Positions 47,425-56,806 of a DNA stretch of 64,000 bases are shown in pieces. Source of the DNA: an uncultured bacterium (GTDB taxonomy: Bacteria > Patescibacteriota > Minisyncoccia > UBA6257 > 2-01-FULL-56-20). The stretch covers positions 244,862 through 308,861 of the forward strand of contig OY970382.1 of assembly GCA_963719425.1 (NCBI GenBank), in the 5' to 3' direction. The notes under the pieces were generated by a model that worked only from the letters and a program-made list of their open reading frames with translations, was not told the DNA's origin and searched no databases. The number at the start of each line of letters is the position of its first letter. The first letter of the stretch is position 1. The position numbers and the translations under genes are program-made.

Positions 47425-48671
47425 GAATTATTATACACCTTTCCTCCGACAATGGTGTGCGTGACGCTTCCGGGGAATCTCACGCCTTCAAATGGCGACC
47501 AGCCGCACTTTGTTTTTAATTCGTCGGCCCGAACTATTGTCGGACAGTTAAGGTTTATGATGGTGAACGAACCGTAGTATCCCTCTTCGATCACGCAGAA
47601 GCCTTTCCCGTATTTTGGGGGAAGATAGGGATTTACGAAATTGCCCGGATTGAATGCGGAAACGCGTGCGACCTCGCTTGGAGTGAATTTGTGTTCTCGC
47701 ATCAGCCACGTTGCGAACGGCCCGTACGTATCAAGATGCGGCATTCCCGAAGTGCCTTTCAATTTTTCTTCTCTTGTATGCGGCGCGTGGTCGGTTGCGA
47801 GATAATCAATGTCTCCCGTGCGGAGAAGCGCAATGAGCTCCTTTCGCTCTGCGGGATTTGTGCGCAGTGCCGGATTTACCTGGAGCCAACGCCGCTTTTC
47901 GTCGCTCACCGAGGCAGCATCAAAATAGAGGTGGTGCGGCGCGATCTCAATCGTGACCGGGACGCCGCGCTTCTTCGCCTCAATAATTTTTCGCACGGCA
48001 GACAGCGTGGAGGCGTGGCATATTTTTCCTTTAAGATCATATTTATGGATGAGCGTAAGCGCGAAGTCAACGGCGATGGTCTCTGTTTCGGGCGGGCGGC
48101 GCAGTTCGTGCGTAGGTTCGTGCTCATGCGCCTTGAGCGTTACCGGATCTTCGCAATGGAAGCTTACGTTTTGGCCGCGGTAGCTTTTGATGACCGATTC
48201 CAGTTCTTCCTGCGAGGTAAAGAAGAGATCTCCGACTGACGGTCCCATAAATACCTTGTAGGGAACAGGGAATGAGAGTGGTTTCGTTTTCGGCCCGATG
48301 CCGCCATAGAGGACGACGGGGACGAGCGACTGTTTGGTAAGCTTCTCCTTTTCCCAATAGCGTTCGTCAGTGACAGGCGCCACGGGATTGTTCGGCATTT
48401 CAGCGAAAAACGTGACCCCGCCGTGAACTGCCGCCTCCGAGGCCGTCCGGAAGGTTTCTTTATACGATTGCGTGCCGCCTGCGTCCTCGCGTGCGTGGAC
48501 ATGGATATCGCCGAAACCGGGAAAAATGAGGCAGCCGGCGGTATCAATATCGGATGATCCCTGCGCGCGGCCCACGCGCCCAATCAGTCCCGTTTCCCGG
48601 TTCACTTCCACCCGCCCGTCAAATTCCCTGTCGTGGTTGGCAAATTTTCCTTCCAGAATAAGCGTGCTCAT
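47421..48671 (-). CDS. pyrC: Dihydroorotase
   Basis: DIHVHARE, EMPNNP, PHHL, VNPALR, TDHAPH, KCGWSPFEG; operon context. Confidence 0.9.
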   Translation of the reverse strand: MSTLILEGKFANHDREFDGRVEVNRETGLIGRVGRAQGSSDIDTAGCLIFPGFGDIHVHAREDAGGTQSYKETFRTASEAAVHGGVTFFAEMPNNPVAPVTDERYWEKEKLTKQSLVPVVLYGGIGPKTKPLSFPVPYKVFMGPSVGDLFFTSQEELESVIKSYRGQNVSFHCEDPVTLKAHEHEPTHELRRPPETETIAVDFALTLIHKYDLKGKICHASTLSAVRKIIEAKKRGVPVTIEIAPHHLYFDAASVSDEKRRWLQVNPALRTNPAERKELIALLRTGDIDYLATDHAPHTREEKLKGTSGMPHLDTYGPFATWLMREHKFTPSEVARVSAFNPGNFVNPYLPPKYGKGFCVIEEGYYGSFTIINLNCPTIVRADELKTKCGWSPFEGVRFPGSVTHTIVGGKVYNNS

Positions 48672-49753
48672 TTGTTTTTTGTGCCGATTACTTCTTCTAT
48701 AGAAGAGAAACCGTCCCGTTCAAGAAGTCTTATCAATCCCATTTTTATTTTCTTTACGAGCCCCGGTCCTTCATACACAAGACCGGTATAGATTTCAACC
48801 AGCGAAGCTCCCGCCTGTATTTTCTCATATGCGTCCTCCGCGGAAAAGATGCCGCCGGCGCCCACGAGCGGAATGGCCCCGTGCGATCTTTTATAAAGGT
48901 AGCGGATGACTTCGCTGGAACGTTCCCGGAGCGGTCGCCCGCTTAATCCACCGGCGCCCATAGCGGCTACTTTCGCTTCGGGTGTTCCGAGATTCAGGCG
49001 GGCAATCGTCGTATTCGTCGCGACGATGCCGCTCGCGCCGGTTTCGCGGACGATATCCACAATGTCGTTGAGTTGCCCTTCGGTGAGGTCCGGCGCGATC
49101 TTCAACAAGATCGGTTTCGGGTCTTTTAGCGCACGATCGAGCTTCTGTAGCGCCCTTAAGAGCTTTGTGAGCGCATCTTTTTCCTGAAGTTCGCGGAGTC
49201 CCGGGGTATTGGGAGAACTCACATTCACGACCATATAATCGGCGAGGGGAGAGAGCGTGCGGAAACATGTCATGTAGTCATCCACCGCGTTTTCGTTTGG
49301 TGTGACCTTGTTCTTGCCGATGTTAATGCCGAGTACGCAGTCCCGCTTTCCCGCGTGCGCCATAAGATTATTTCTTGCCGCTTCTGCGCCGTGCCCGTTG
49401 AATCCCATCCGATTGATGATCGCTCCGTCTTTGGGAAGCCGGAAGAGGCGCGGCTTGGGGTTGCCCGGTTGGGGCCGCGGCGTGATAGTGCCCACTTCCA
49501 CGAATCCGAAGCCGAGCGCGGAGAGGATAGGGGTGATCTCTGCATTCTTATCAAACCCTGCCGCGAGGCCGACCGGGTTCTTGAACGAAAGGCCGAAGGC
49601 ATTCACGCGGAGCCGCTCGTCCTCAAACGCATAGAGCGACTTCACCATTCCGCGGAAAGGGGAATGCCCGAGACCCCTTCCAAGCGTGTGGGTTCTCTCG
49701 TGCGCCACCTCGGCGTCCGGCAGGAAAAGGAACGGCCTTATGAGCTTATACAT
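48668..49753 (-). CDS. pyrD: Dihydroorotate dehydrogenase, class 2 (quinone-dependent)
   Basis: AAGFDKN, NPKPRLFRL..INRMGFN, NIGKNK, NVSSPNTPGLR (Ser base), GGLSG. Confidence 0.96.
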   Translation of the reverse strand: MYKLIRPFLFLPDAEVAHERTHTLGRGLGHSPFRGMVKSLYAFEDERLRVNAFGLSFKNPVGLAAGFDKNAEITPILSALGFGFVEVGTITPRPQPGNPKPRLFRLPKDGAIINRMGFNGHGAEAARNNLMAHAGKRDCVLGINIGKNKVTPNENAVDDYMTCFRTLSPLADYMVVNVSSPNTPGLRELQEKDALTKLLRALQKLDRALKDPKPILLKIAPDLTEGQLNDIVDIVRETGASGIVATNTTIARLNLGTPEAKVAAMGAGGLSGRPLRERSSEVIRYLYKRSHGAIPLVGAGGIFSAEDAYEKIQAGASLVEIYTGLVYEGPGLVKKIKMGLIRLLERDGFSSIEEVIGTKNK

Positions 49754-49756
49754 AGA

Positions 49757-50554
49757 TTACCGGAACGCATTTATCGCATCTTTCAGTCGCCGGGTTTCAT
49801 GAGCCGGGTCTTTTGCAAAGATGATGCCGCGGGAGGAGTTCACGATCATTCCCTTTTTCTCGGCGTTCAGGCCCGCTTGCACCATCTTTTTAACATCGCC
49901 GCCTTGTATACCAACGCCGGGCACAAGGAAGGTCATATCGCCCGTGAGTTTTCTAAGCATCGCCATTTCTTCCGGATAGGTAGCGCCTACGACGAGCAGG
50001 CAATTCCCGTTCTCATTCCATTCGTCCCGCACCTTTTCCGCGATGATCTGCCAGAGCGGCTTCCCGTCAGTTTTGAGATCTTGCACCTCGCGCGCGCCGG
50101 GGTTAGAAGTGCGGCAGAGGATGATACATCCTTTGTCCTTTCGCGCGAGAAATGGCGTGAGCGGTTCTTTTCCGAGATAGGGAGAGACCGTAACGGCATC
50201 AAAGCCGAACCAGTCAAAGAGTTCCTTTGCGTACTGTTCGTTGGTGTTTGCGGTATCTCCGCGTTTGGCGTCGCAGATGGTGACGATACCAGGATGATTT
50301 TTTTGGATGTATTCCACGGTGAGTTTCAGTTCGTGCATGCCCTTGTCGCCTCGGGATTCATAAAAGGCGATGTTCGGCTTGTAGGCGGCGACGTCCTCGT
50401 GGGTGAGGTCAACAATATGTTTATTGAACGCGAACTGCGGGAATTTTTCCTTGCGGAAGGAGGCGGGGATCTGCTCAAAATCGGAATCCAACCCGGCGCA
50501 GACGAGCGATTGTGCCGCATCCGCGCGAAGGTTGTACTTTTGGACCATATTCAT
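49757..50554 (-). CDS. pyrF: Orotidine-5'-phosphate decarboxylase
   Basis: GLD, YKPN.AFYE, DAKRGD, SPYLG, RTSNP, VVGAT, PGVG.QGG, NSSRGI. Confidence 0.96.
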   Translation of the reverse strand: MNMVQKYNLRADAAQSLVCAGLDSDFEQIPASFRKEKFPQFAFNKHIVDLTHEDVAAYKPNIAFYESRGDKGMHELKLTVEYIQKNHPGIVTICDAKRGDTANTNEQYAKELFDWFGFDAVTVSPYLGKEPLTPFLARKDKGCIILCRTSNPGAREVQDLKTDGKPLWQIIAEKVRDEWNENGNCLLVVGATYPEEMAMLRKLTGDMTFLVPGVGIQGGDVKKMVQAGLNAEKKGMIVNSSRGIIFAKDPAHETRRLKDAINAFR

Positions 50555-50566
50555 GGAGTCGCGCGG

Positions 50567-51259
50567 TTAAAATTTCAGCGGTTGCTCGCCGTATTTTGCA
50601 AATGCATTTTCCAATTCCTTTTTTATGAACTCGCTCGGCTGGAGTTTGTGAAGCAGCTTGGGCAAAAACGCTTTTGCGTCCGTAAGGGCGTAATAGGGAA
50701 TATTTTTTTCTTTGAGCGCCTGGGCAACCGTGGTGCCGTCGTCGCGCTTTTCGTTGCGGTGGGTAAGTGCGATGGCAGCAATGATATTTACTTTTGCCTC
50801 AAGCAGCGCGTCCGCGGTGGTGAGTAGCGAGCCGCCGGTGGTGACGGCATCCTCCAAAACAACGGTTTTTCCGGAGGGGATACCAACAAAGTGCCGATCT
50901 TTGACCTCGCCGTGGTCCTTCGGCTTGCCGCGGCCCATTGCAAGTGGATACGACCGGGTTGTGTAATCCGGTTGCCGCTTCGCCCATTTGTATTGCGCGA
51001 GGATCCCGAGTTTCGTCGCGCCCTCCGGCACTCCATAAAAACAATCCGGCGAGAGCCCCAAATCTTCCACGAATGCAATCACGAAGTCAGTAAGTTCGTC
51101 CATGGCATGTACATCGCCTGCGACCGTCCGCCAGTTTGCATACCACGGAGAGAGCCGCCCCGATACCAATTTGATCGGCGTTTCGTAAAACCCAGCCACG
51201 TTATGATCCAGCATAAACGCCTCAAACGCTTGTTGGTCGAAGTTGCGTCCACGGTCCAT
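50567..51259 (-). CDS. pyrE: Orotate phosphoribosyltransferase
   Basis: LVSGRLSPWY, RGKPKDHG, VVLEDAVTTGGS; start MDRGR after a TATACT box. Confidence 0.88.
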   Translation of the reverse strand: MDRGRNFDQQAFEAFMLDHNVAGFYETPIKLVSGRLSPWYANWRTVAGDVHAMDELTDFVIAFVEDLGLSPDCFYGVPEGATKLGILAQYKWAKRQPDYTTRSYPLAMGRGKPKDHGEVKDRHFVGIPSGKTVVLEDAVTTGGSLLTTADALLEAKVNIIAAIALTHRNEKRDDGTTVAQALKEKNIPYYALTDAKAFLPKLLHKLQPSEFIKKELENAFAKYGEQPLKF

Positions 51260-51333
51260 TGAACTAAGTATACAAAACTGGCGTAATTGCAAAAAGTTAG
51301 CACCAGGTGTAGTTTGCTTGCAGGGGGTGCGCT

Positions 51334-51504
51334 ATGACAAGAGAAGAACGGAAAAAAGAGCAGCAAGTTGAGGCAAGGTTGCGGGAGCAACGCAGGGTAA
51401 TGGAAGCATATTCTCAAGCAGTGGCCAATGAGGATTTCGCGAAAGCCAAAGAACTTGTTACGAAAGGTCTTGGGATGGGAATTTCACTGGGGCGTCTCCG
51501 ATGA
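51334..51504 (+). CDS. Possible small hypothetical protein (56 aa) between carB and pyrE on the opposite strand
   Basis: MTREERKKEQQVEARLREQRR..; charged helical sequence; not in the ORF track. Confidence 0.35.
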   Translation: MTREERKKEQQVEARLREQRRVMEAYSQAVANEDFAKAKELVTKGLGMGISLGRLR

Positions 51505-51651
51505 GATTTCAAGACTTTTACCTCGCTTGGAGTGCTCCCGAGTGGAAGGGCGGGCAATGGATATTTTCTCCACCTGCACCGCCCTCCAAACCTGAATCCA
51601 CAAACGCGTTGCGGATTGAGGTTTGGAAAGGATCGCACGGAGAAATTTGCC

Positions 51652-54600
51652 CTAATTCTTTTTCTGTTTTCTCCTCCCAAGATATTCCTGCCAAGAGCGG
51701 ATCGCGATGTCGCGGAGGCCATAGGTCACGCGGGCGCGGACGAAAGCCCGCGCGAGCTGAAGATCGGTGAAGAGAGGGATGTTCGTGTCCACGGCGGCAC
51801 GGCGGATGAGATAGCCGTCGGTCCGCCGCGCGCGCGATTCCTTTGAGTGGTTCATGTGGTTCTCGTGATTGCTCACGTTCACTACGAACGCGATCTTTTT
51901 CTTTCGGATGAGCTCAAGCACGTTTGGATTTCTTCCTTCGCTTACTTTATATATCCGCGTTGCGCGGATGCCGCGGTTATTAAGGAACTCGGCGGTGCCC
52001 TGGGTGGCGTACAGCGTGAAACCGTTCGCGGCGAGCGCCTGTGCCGATTCTAGAAATTCCCGCTTGTTGGTAGACCCACCAAGTGAGATGAATGCACCTT
52101 TTCCTTCGCTTAATGGCATGCTTGCCGCAACGGAGGTGAGCAATGCCTCTTCAAAATCGCGGCCGAAGCAGGCGACCTCTCCGGTGGAGGCCATTTCCAC
52201 GTGGAGCACCGGATCGGAACCGGGGAGCCGGCCGAAGGAGAATTGCGGCGACTTTACAACGGCGTATTCGGGATAGTGGAGCGCAACGGCGCGCGCGTGA
52301 CCGTAGAACGCGTCCACGATCATGTCGGCGAAATTTACGCCGCTCGCCTTGCTGATAAAGGGGAATGTGCGGGACGCCCGCGCATTAAGCTCTATCACAT
52401 ATACCTTATTATCCTTCACGAGGCATTGCAGGTTGAAGGGGCCGGTGATGCGGAGCGCGCGGGCGAGTTTCACAGCGACGGTTTGGATCTCGTTCGCGGT
52501 TTTTGCGTACACCTTCTGCGGCGGATAGACGATGGTGGCGTCGCCGGAGTGCACGCCGGCGTTTTCAATATGCTCGGCGATTGCGGAAACTTTGACGGTC
52601 CCGTTCTGCGCAACCGCGTCAAACTCTATTTCCTTGGCGCCGCGGATGAACTTGGAGATTGTTACCGGGTGCTCGCGGTTCAGAAGGATCGCACGCTTCA
52701 CGAATTCCTTGAGTTCCGCCGCATCGGTGCACACGCGCATAGCGCTTCCCGAGAGCACATACGAGGGTCGGACAAGCACAGGATAATCGACTTTCTCGGC
52801 GAAGTGCGCAGCGGCTTTTACGGTGGTGAAGGTATCCCACTCCGGCTGGGCGATGCGAAGCGAATCAAGCAGTGCGGAGAATTTGCTGCGATCTTCGGCG
52901 CGATCAATGTTCTGGGGGTCGGTGCCCATGATCGGTACGCTGAGTGCGGATAATTTCTGGACGATGTTGTTCGGCGCCTGACCGCCGACCGATACTACAA
53001 TCCCCGACGCACGTTCAAATTCATAAATGTCCGCCACCGATTCCAAACTGACGTTTTCAAAATAGAGACGGTCGGAAATGTCGTAATCGGTGGAAACCGT
53101 TTCGGGATTGCAGTTCACGATCACGGCCTGCTTGCCATGCTTTTTGAGTGCAAGGGCGGTGTGTACCGCCGACCAGTCAAATTCAACGGAAGAGCCAATG
53201 TGATAGGGCCCCGAGCCAAGCACCATGACGCTCTTTTTGCCGAGCGGGACGACGTCATTATGGGAACCGTTGTACGTGAGGTAAAGATAATTCGTCCGCG
53301 CGGGAACCTCGCCCGCGAGCGTGTCAATCTGGAACACCGACGGCACGACGCGGAATTGTTTTCTCAGAGCGCGGATTTCCATTTCTGCGGCTCCGCGAAG
53401 GTGGCCGATGTGCGCGTCGGAAAAGCCGAACTGCTTCGCGCGGAGGAGTTTGTCCTTCGTGAGCCCTCCGCTTTTTGTTTCTTTTTCCGTCCGGACGATG
53501 TTCTGAATGCGGTAGAGAAACCAGGGATCAATGCCCGTCAGTTTGTAAATGGTTTTCGGCGAGATCCCGGCGCGAAGTCCCGCTGCGATTGCAAAGAGCC
53601 GGTGGGGAGTAGGGATCTTGAGGCGCCGTACGATGGGAACCTCCGCTTCACCCGGCACTTCGTCCGTCACGCCCTGGAGATGGAGGTGGAGCATACGGAC
53701 TGCTTTCTGAATGGCTTCCTCAAATGTCCGCCCGATCGCCATCACTTCACCCACCGATTTCATTGCGCTCGTGATGGTTTCCTCGGCGCGCGCGAACTTG
53801 CTGATGTCCCAGCGGGGGATTTTCACGACCACATAGTCCAGCGCAGGCTCAAAGAACGATTGCGTCACTTTTGTGATCTGGTTCGGCACGTCGTGGAGGG
53901 CGTGGCCCAGGGCGAGCTTCGCCGCAACGTAGGCAAGAGGATAACCGGTTGCCTTTGAAGCGAGCGCGGAAGACCGCGAGAGCCGCGCATTTACTTCAAT
54001 CACATAGTAATCGAGCGCGCCGTTCTTTGGCTTCGGGTTCAGCGCGAACTGTACGTTGCACTCGCCGATGATCCCCAAACTTTTCACGATCTTGATTGAT
54101 GCCGCACGCAACTCGTGATATTCGGTATTTGTGAGCGTTTGACTCGGCGCGATAACGATGGAATCGCCAGTATGAATGCCCAAGGGATCCATGTTTTCCA
54201 TGTTGCAGACCGTGACGCAGTTGTCGTACCTATCCCGCACCACTTCGTATTCAATTTCTTTGTAATGATGCAGATATTTTTCAATGAGCACTTGCGGCGA
54301 GAGGGCGAGCGCTCCCGAAACGATGGTGCGGAGTTCTTGGCTGTTTTTTGCGACGCCGGATTTCTGCCCGCCGAGTGCGAAGGCTGCGCGTACCATGACG
54401 GGGAAGCCAACGGTTTTCGCAATGTTTTCCGCTTCGCGGACGCTCACCGCCGCTCCGGACGGCGGCACAGGAAGGCCGATTTTTTTTAGATGGTGAGCAA
54501 ATTTCTCGCGGTCTTCCGTAAGGATGATGCTTTTGAGCGGCGAACCCAGCACCTCAATGCCGTATTTTTTGAGGATGCCGCGCTCGCCAAGACGCACACC

Positions 54601-54891
54601 GCAATTCAGGGCCGTCTGCCCGCCGAATGCGAGCGCGATGCCCTGAGGGCGCTCTTTCTTGATTATTTTTTCCACGAAATAATCCGTGACCGGCAGGAAA
54701 TATATTTTGTCGGCAAGGAGGGGCGAGGTCTGGATCGTCGCGATGTTCGGGTTCACGAGCATCGTCACAAGCCCCGCTTCCTTGAACGCCTTCATCGCCT
54801 GCGAGCCGGAGTAGTCGAATTCACCCGCTTCGCCGATCTTGAGCGCGCCCGAGCCGAGCACCAGAACTTTTTTGATTTTCTTTGGCGGCAT
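51652..54891 (-). CDS. carB: Carbamoyl-phosphate synthase large subunit
   Basis: GSGALKIGEAGEFDYSG, HTGDS, EVNARLSRSSALASKATGYP, duplicated ATP-grasp, MGS tail. Confidence 0.97.
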   Translation of the reverse strand: MPPKKIKKVLVLGSGALKIGEAGEFDYSGSQAMKAFKEAGLVTMLVNPNIATIQTSPLLADKIYFLPVTDYFVEKIIKKERPQGIALAFGGQTALNCGVRLGERGILKKYGIEVLGSPLKSIILTEDREKFAHHLKKIGLPVPPSGAAVSVREAENIAKTVGFPVMVRAAFALGGQKSGVAKNSQELRTIVSGALALSPQVLIEKYLHHYKEIEYEVVRDRYDNCVTVCNMENMDPLGIHTGDSIVIAPSQTLTNTEYHELRAASIKIVKSLGIIGECNVQFALNPKPKNGALDYYVIEVNARLSRSSALASKATGYPLAYVAAKLALGHALHDVPNQITKVTQSFFEPALDYVVVKIPRWDISKFARAEETITSAMKSVGEVMAIGRTFEEAIQKAVRMLHLHLQGVTDEVPGEAEVPIVRRLKIPTPHRLFAIAAGLRAGISPKTIYKLTGIDPWFLYRIQNIVRTEKETKSGGLTKDKLLRAKQFGFSDAHIGHLRGAAEMEIRALRKQFRVVPSVFQIDTLAGEVPARTNYLYLTYNGSHNDVVPLGKKSVMVLGSGPYHIGSSVEFDWSAVHTALALKKHGKQAVIVNCNPETVSTDYDISDRLYFENVSLESVADIYEFERASGIVVSVGGQAPNNIVQKLSALSVPIMGTDPQNIDRAEDRSKFSALLDSLRIAQPEWDTFTTVKAAAHFAEKVDYPVLVRPSYVLSGSAMRVCTDAAELKEFVKRAILLNREHPVTISKFIRGAKEIEFDAVAQNGTVKVSAIAEHIENAGVHSGDATIVYPPQKVYAKTANEIQTVAVKLARALRITGPFNLQCLVKDNKVYVIELNARASRTFPFISKASGVNFADMIVDAFYGHARAVALHYPEYAVVKSPQFSFGRLPGSDPVLHVEMASTGEVACFGRDFEEALLTSVAASMPLSEGKGAFISLGGSTNKREFLESAQALAANGFTLYATQGTAEFLNNRGIRATRIYKVSEGRNPNVLELIRKKKIAFVVNVSNHENHMNHSKESRARRTDGYLIRRAAVDTNIPLFTDLQLARAFVRARVTYGLRDIAIRSWQEYLGRRKQKKN

Positions 54892-54896
54892 AGGCG

Positions 54897-55958
54897 TCAG
54901 TGGTGCGGGATGCGTTCTAGGAAGTAGTCAAAAATCCAGCCCGTATCAAGGGGCCCTGGACTCGCTTCCGGATGGAACTGTGTGGACATAAATGGCAAGC
55001 GCTCGTGGATCAGACCCTCGTTCGTGCCGTCGTTCGCATTCACAAACCAGGGACGGAAACCGCGCGGGATCCGTTTCACCGCAAAACCATGATTTTGGGT
55101 TGTGAGGTACGAGCGATTGGTACCTATGAGCCGGCAGGGTTGGTTCTGCCCGCGGTGGCCGAATTTAAGTTTATAGGTGGTACCGCCGGCCGCGAGCGCC
55201 AAAATTTGATTGCCGAGACAAATACCCAGCATCGGGACCTTTTGGAGAAGTGCCTCGCGGACGTTTGCGATAGTGGCGCGGGCCATCATGGGATCACCCG
55301 GGCCGTTTGAGATTACAATGGCGTCAAAGGCGGGGGCATCTTTTTTAAAGATCGGATAATTCCACGGCACAGTGAGAACCCGCGCGCCGCGTGCAAGCAA
55401 GTTGCGACGGATGTTTTCCTTCACACCGCAGTCAATGAGCGCGACCGTTCGGGTGCCCCTGCCTTCAGAGGTCACTCTCTTTATGGAAACCTCATTCACG
55501 AGGTTCCGCCGGTTTGGGTCGTCAAATGGAATATTTTTCCCACCGGTCAAAATCTTTCCGAGCATCGCGCCTTCCCCCCGTATCTTTTGCGCAAGCGCGC
55601 GGGTGTCTTTTATTTCAAGCGCGGGTACGCCTTCGCGCCGAAGCCATTCGCCCAGGGTCATCGTACTTGTGGGGTGCGATGGCGTGTCAACGTAATGCGA
55701 TACGATGACTCCTGCCACATGAATTCTTTTTGATTCCCAATGCGCTCTGTCTGGTACGCCGTAATTGCCAAGCAGGGGATAGGTGAAAATAAGGATCTGA
55801 CCCTCGTACGAAGGGTCAGTGAGCGATTCCGGATATCCGACCATGCCGGTCGTAAAAACGATTTCGCCGGCAACGGAGATTGGTTTGCCGAAACTTACCC
55901 CCTCAAAAACTACGCCGTCTTTAAAGACAAGTTCGCCGCGCTTCATATAAATGGGCAT
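54897..55958 (-). CDS. carA: Carbamoyl-phosphate synthase small subunit
   Basis: GEIVFTTGMVGYPESLTDPSY, SNGPGDP, GICLG, QFHPEA; start 55958 or 55946. Confidence 0.97.
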   Translation of the reverse strand: MPIYMKRGELVFKDGVVFEGVSFGKPISVAGEIVFTTGMVGYPESLTDPSYEGQILIFTYPLLGNYGVPDRAHWESKRIHVAGVIVSHYVDTPSHPTSTMTLGEWLRREGVPALEIKDTRALAQKIRGEGAMLGKILTGGKNIPFDDPNRRNLVNEVSIKRVTSEGRGTRTVALIDCGVKENIRRNLLARGARVLTVPWNYPIFKKDAPAFDAIVISNGPGDPMMARATIANVREALLQKVPMLGICLGNQILALAAGGTTYKLKFGHRGQNQPCRLIGTNRSYLTTQNHGFAVKRIPRGFRPWFVNANDGTNEGLIHERLPFMSTQFHPEASPGPLDTGWIFDYFLERIPHH

Positions 55959-56062
55959 CCGCCCGTTCGTACGATTATAGCAAAGCGATGATGGTTCGCA
56001 CAAGGACGCCCGTTTGCTTTTCCTCGTTTTTCTGCTCTTTCTGGGTCTTGAGATAGCTCCCT

Positions 56063-56692
56063 TTATAGATCAATACCGTAACTCCTTAGATCTCTTTCTA
56101 ATCGTTGTTTGCTTGTAAAGAGGATTGTTTGAAAACCCATCTCTCTGGCTGGAACAAGCAGAGACTTCTTATTGTCTATAAAAAGGCAGTCCCCGGCTTT
56201 CGCATCCGCTCTTTCAATGAGAATTTCATAAATTCTCTTATCTGGTTTTGCATACCCGACATACCCAGATGTTATAAAATCTTTAAAAAATCTTTTTAAT
56301 CCAAACTTTCTTATTCTGATATTCATCCACTCTTTCCCTTCGTCGTTTAAGGCGTAGAGGGGTAAAACAGGATATTTTTTGTGTAACCTCTCAATAATCT
56401 CGAACGCATCTTTTTTAAGAATGCATCCATAATAAAGCTTCCTCAATTCTTTTAAAGAAATTCTTCTTTTGGCAACATTTATCAAACCTTGAAAAAACGC
56501 GTTTTCGCCTTCTTTACCAACCCTTATTCCAGGCCAGTATTTATGGAAAATTTCATTTCCTCTTTCCTTACTTATTCCCAGTCTTTTGGGAATAACATCG
56601 TACGACGGCTCTCCCCCTCTGCTATTCCAAGCGTTAGACAAAATTACGCCACCACAATCAAAAGCTATTGCTTTTACGGTCGGAAGACTCAT
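56063..56692 (-). CDS. HAD-family phosphatase
   Basis: AFDCGGVI, KPDKRIY, FIDN; visibly AT-richer than its neighbours. Confidence 0.88.
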   Translation of the reverse strand: MSLPTVKAIAFDCGGVILSNAWNSRGGEPSYDVIPKRLGISKERGNEIFHKYWPGIRVGKEGENAFFQGLINVAKRRISLKELRKLYYGCILKKDAFEIIERLHKKYPVLPLYALNDEGKEWMNIRIRKFGLKRFFKDFITSGYVGYAKPDKRIYEILIERADAKAGDCLFIDNKKSLLVPAREMGFQTILFTSKQRLERDLRSYGIDL

Positions 56693-56806
56693 TTTCTAAC
56701 TTTTTGCTTTTAATGATTTTTTATTTCGCAAACCTCCATAAAAATCGAGTCCTAGTATTGTTCTTTACAGAGAAACTTTTTTCTTCTATAAATTATACAC
56801 AACTCC

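Noticed and set aside
56693-56806. glmS ribozyme
   Set aside because: Short AT-rich divergent promoter region without the conserved ribozyme core
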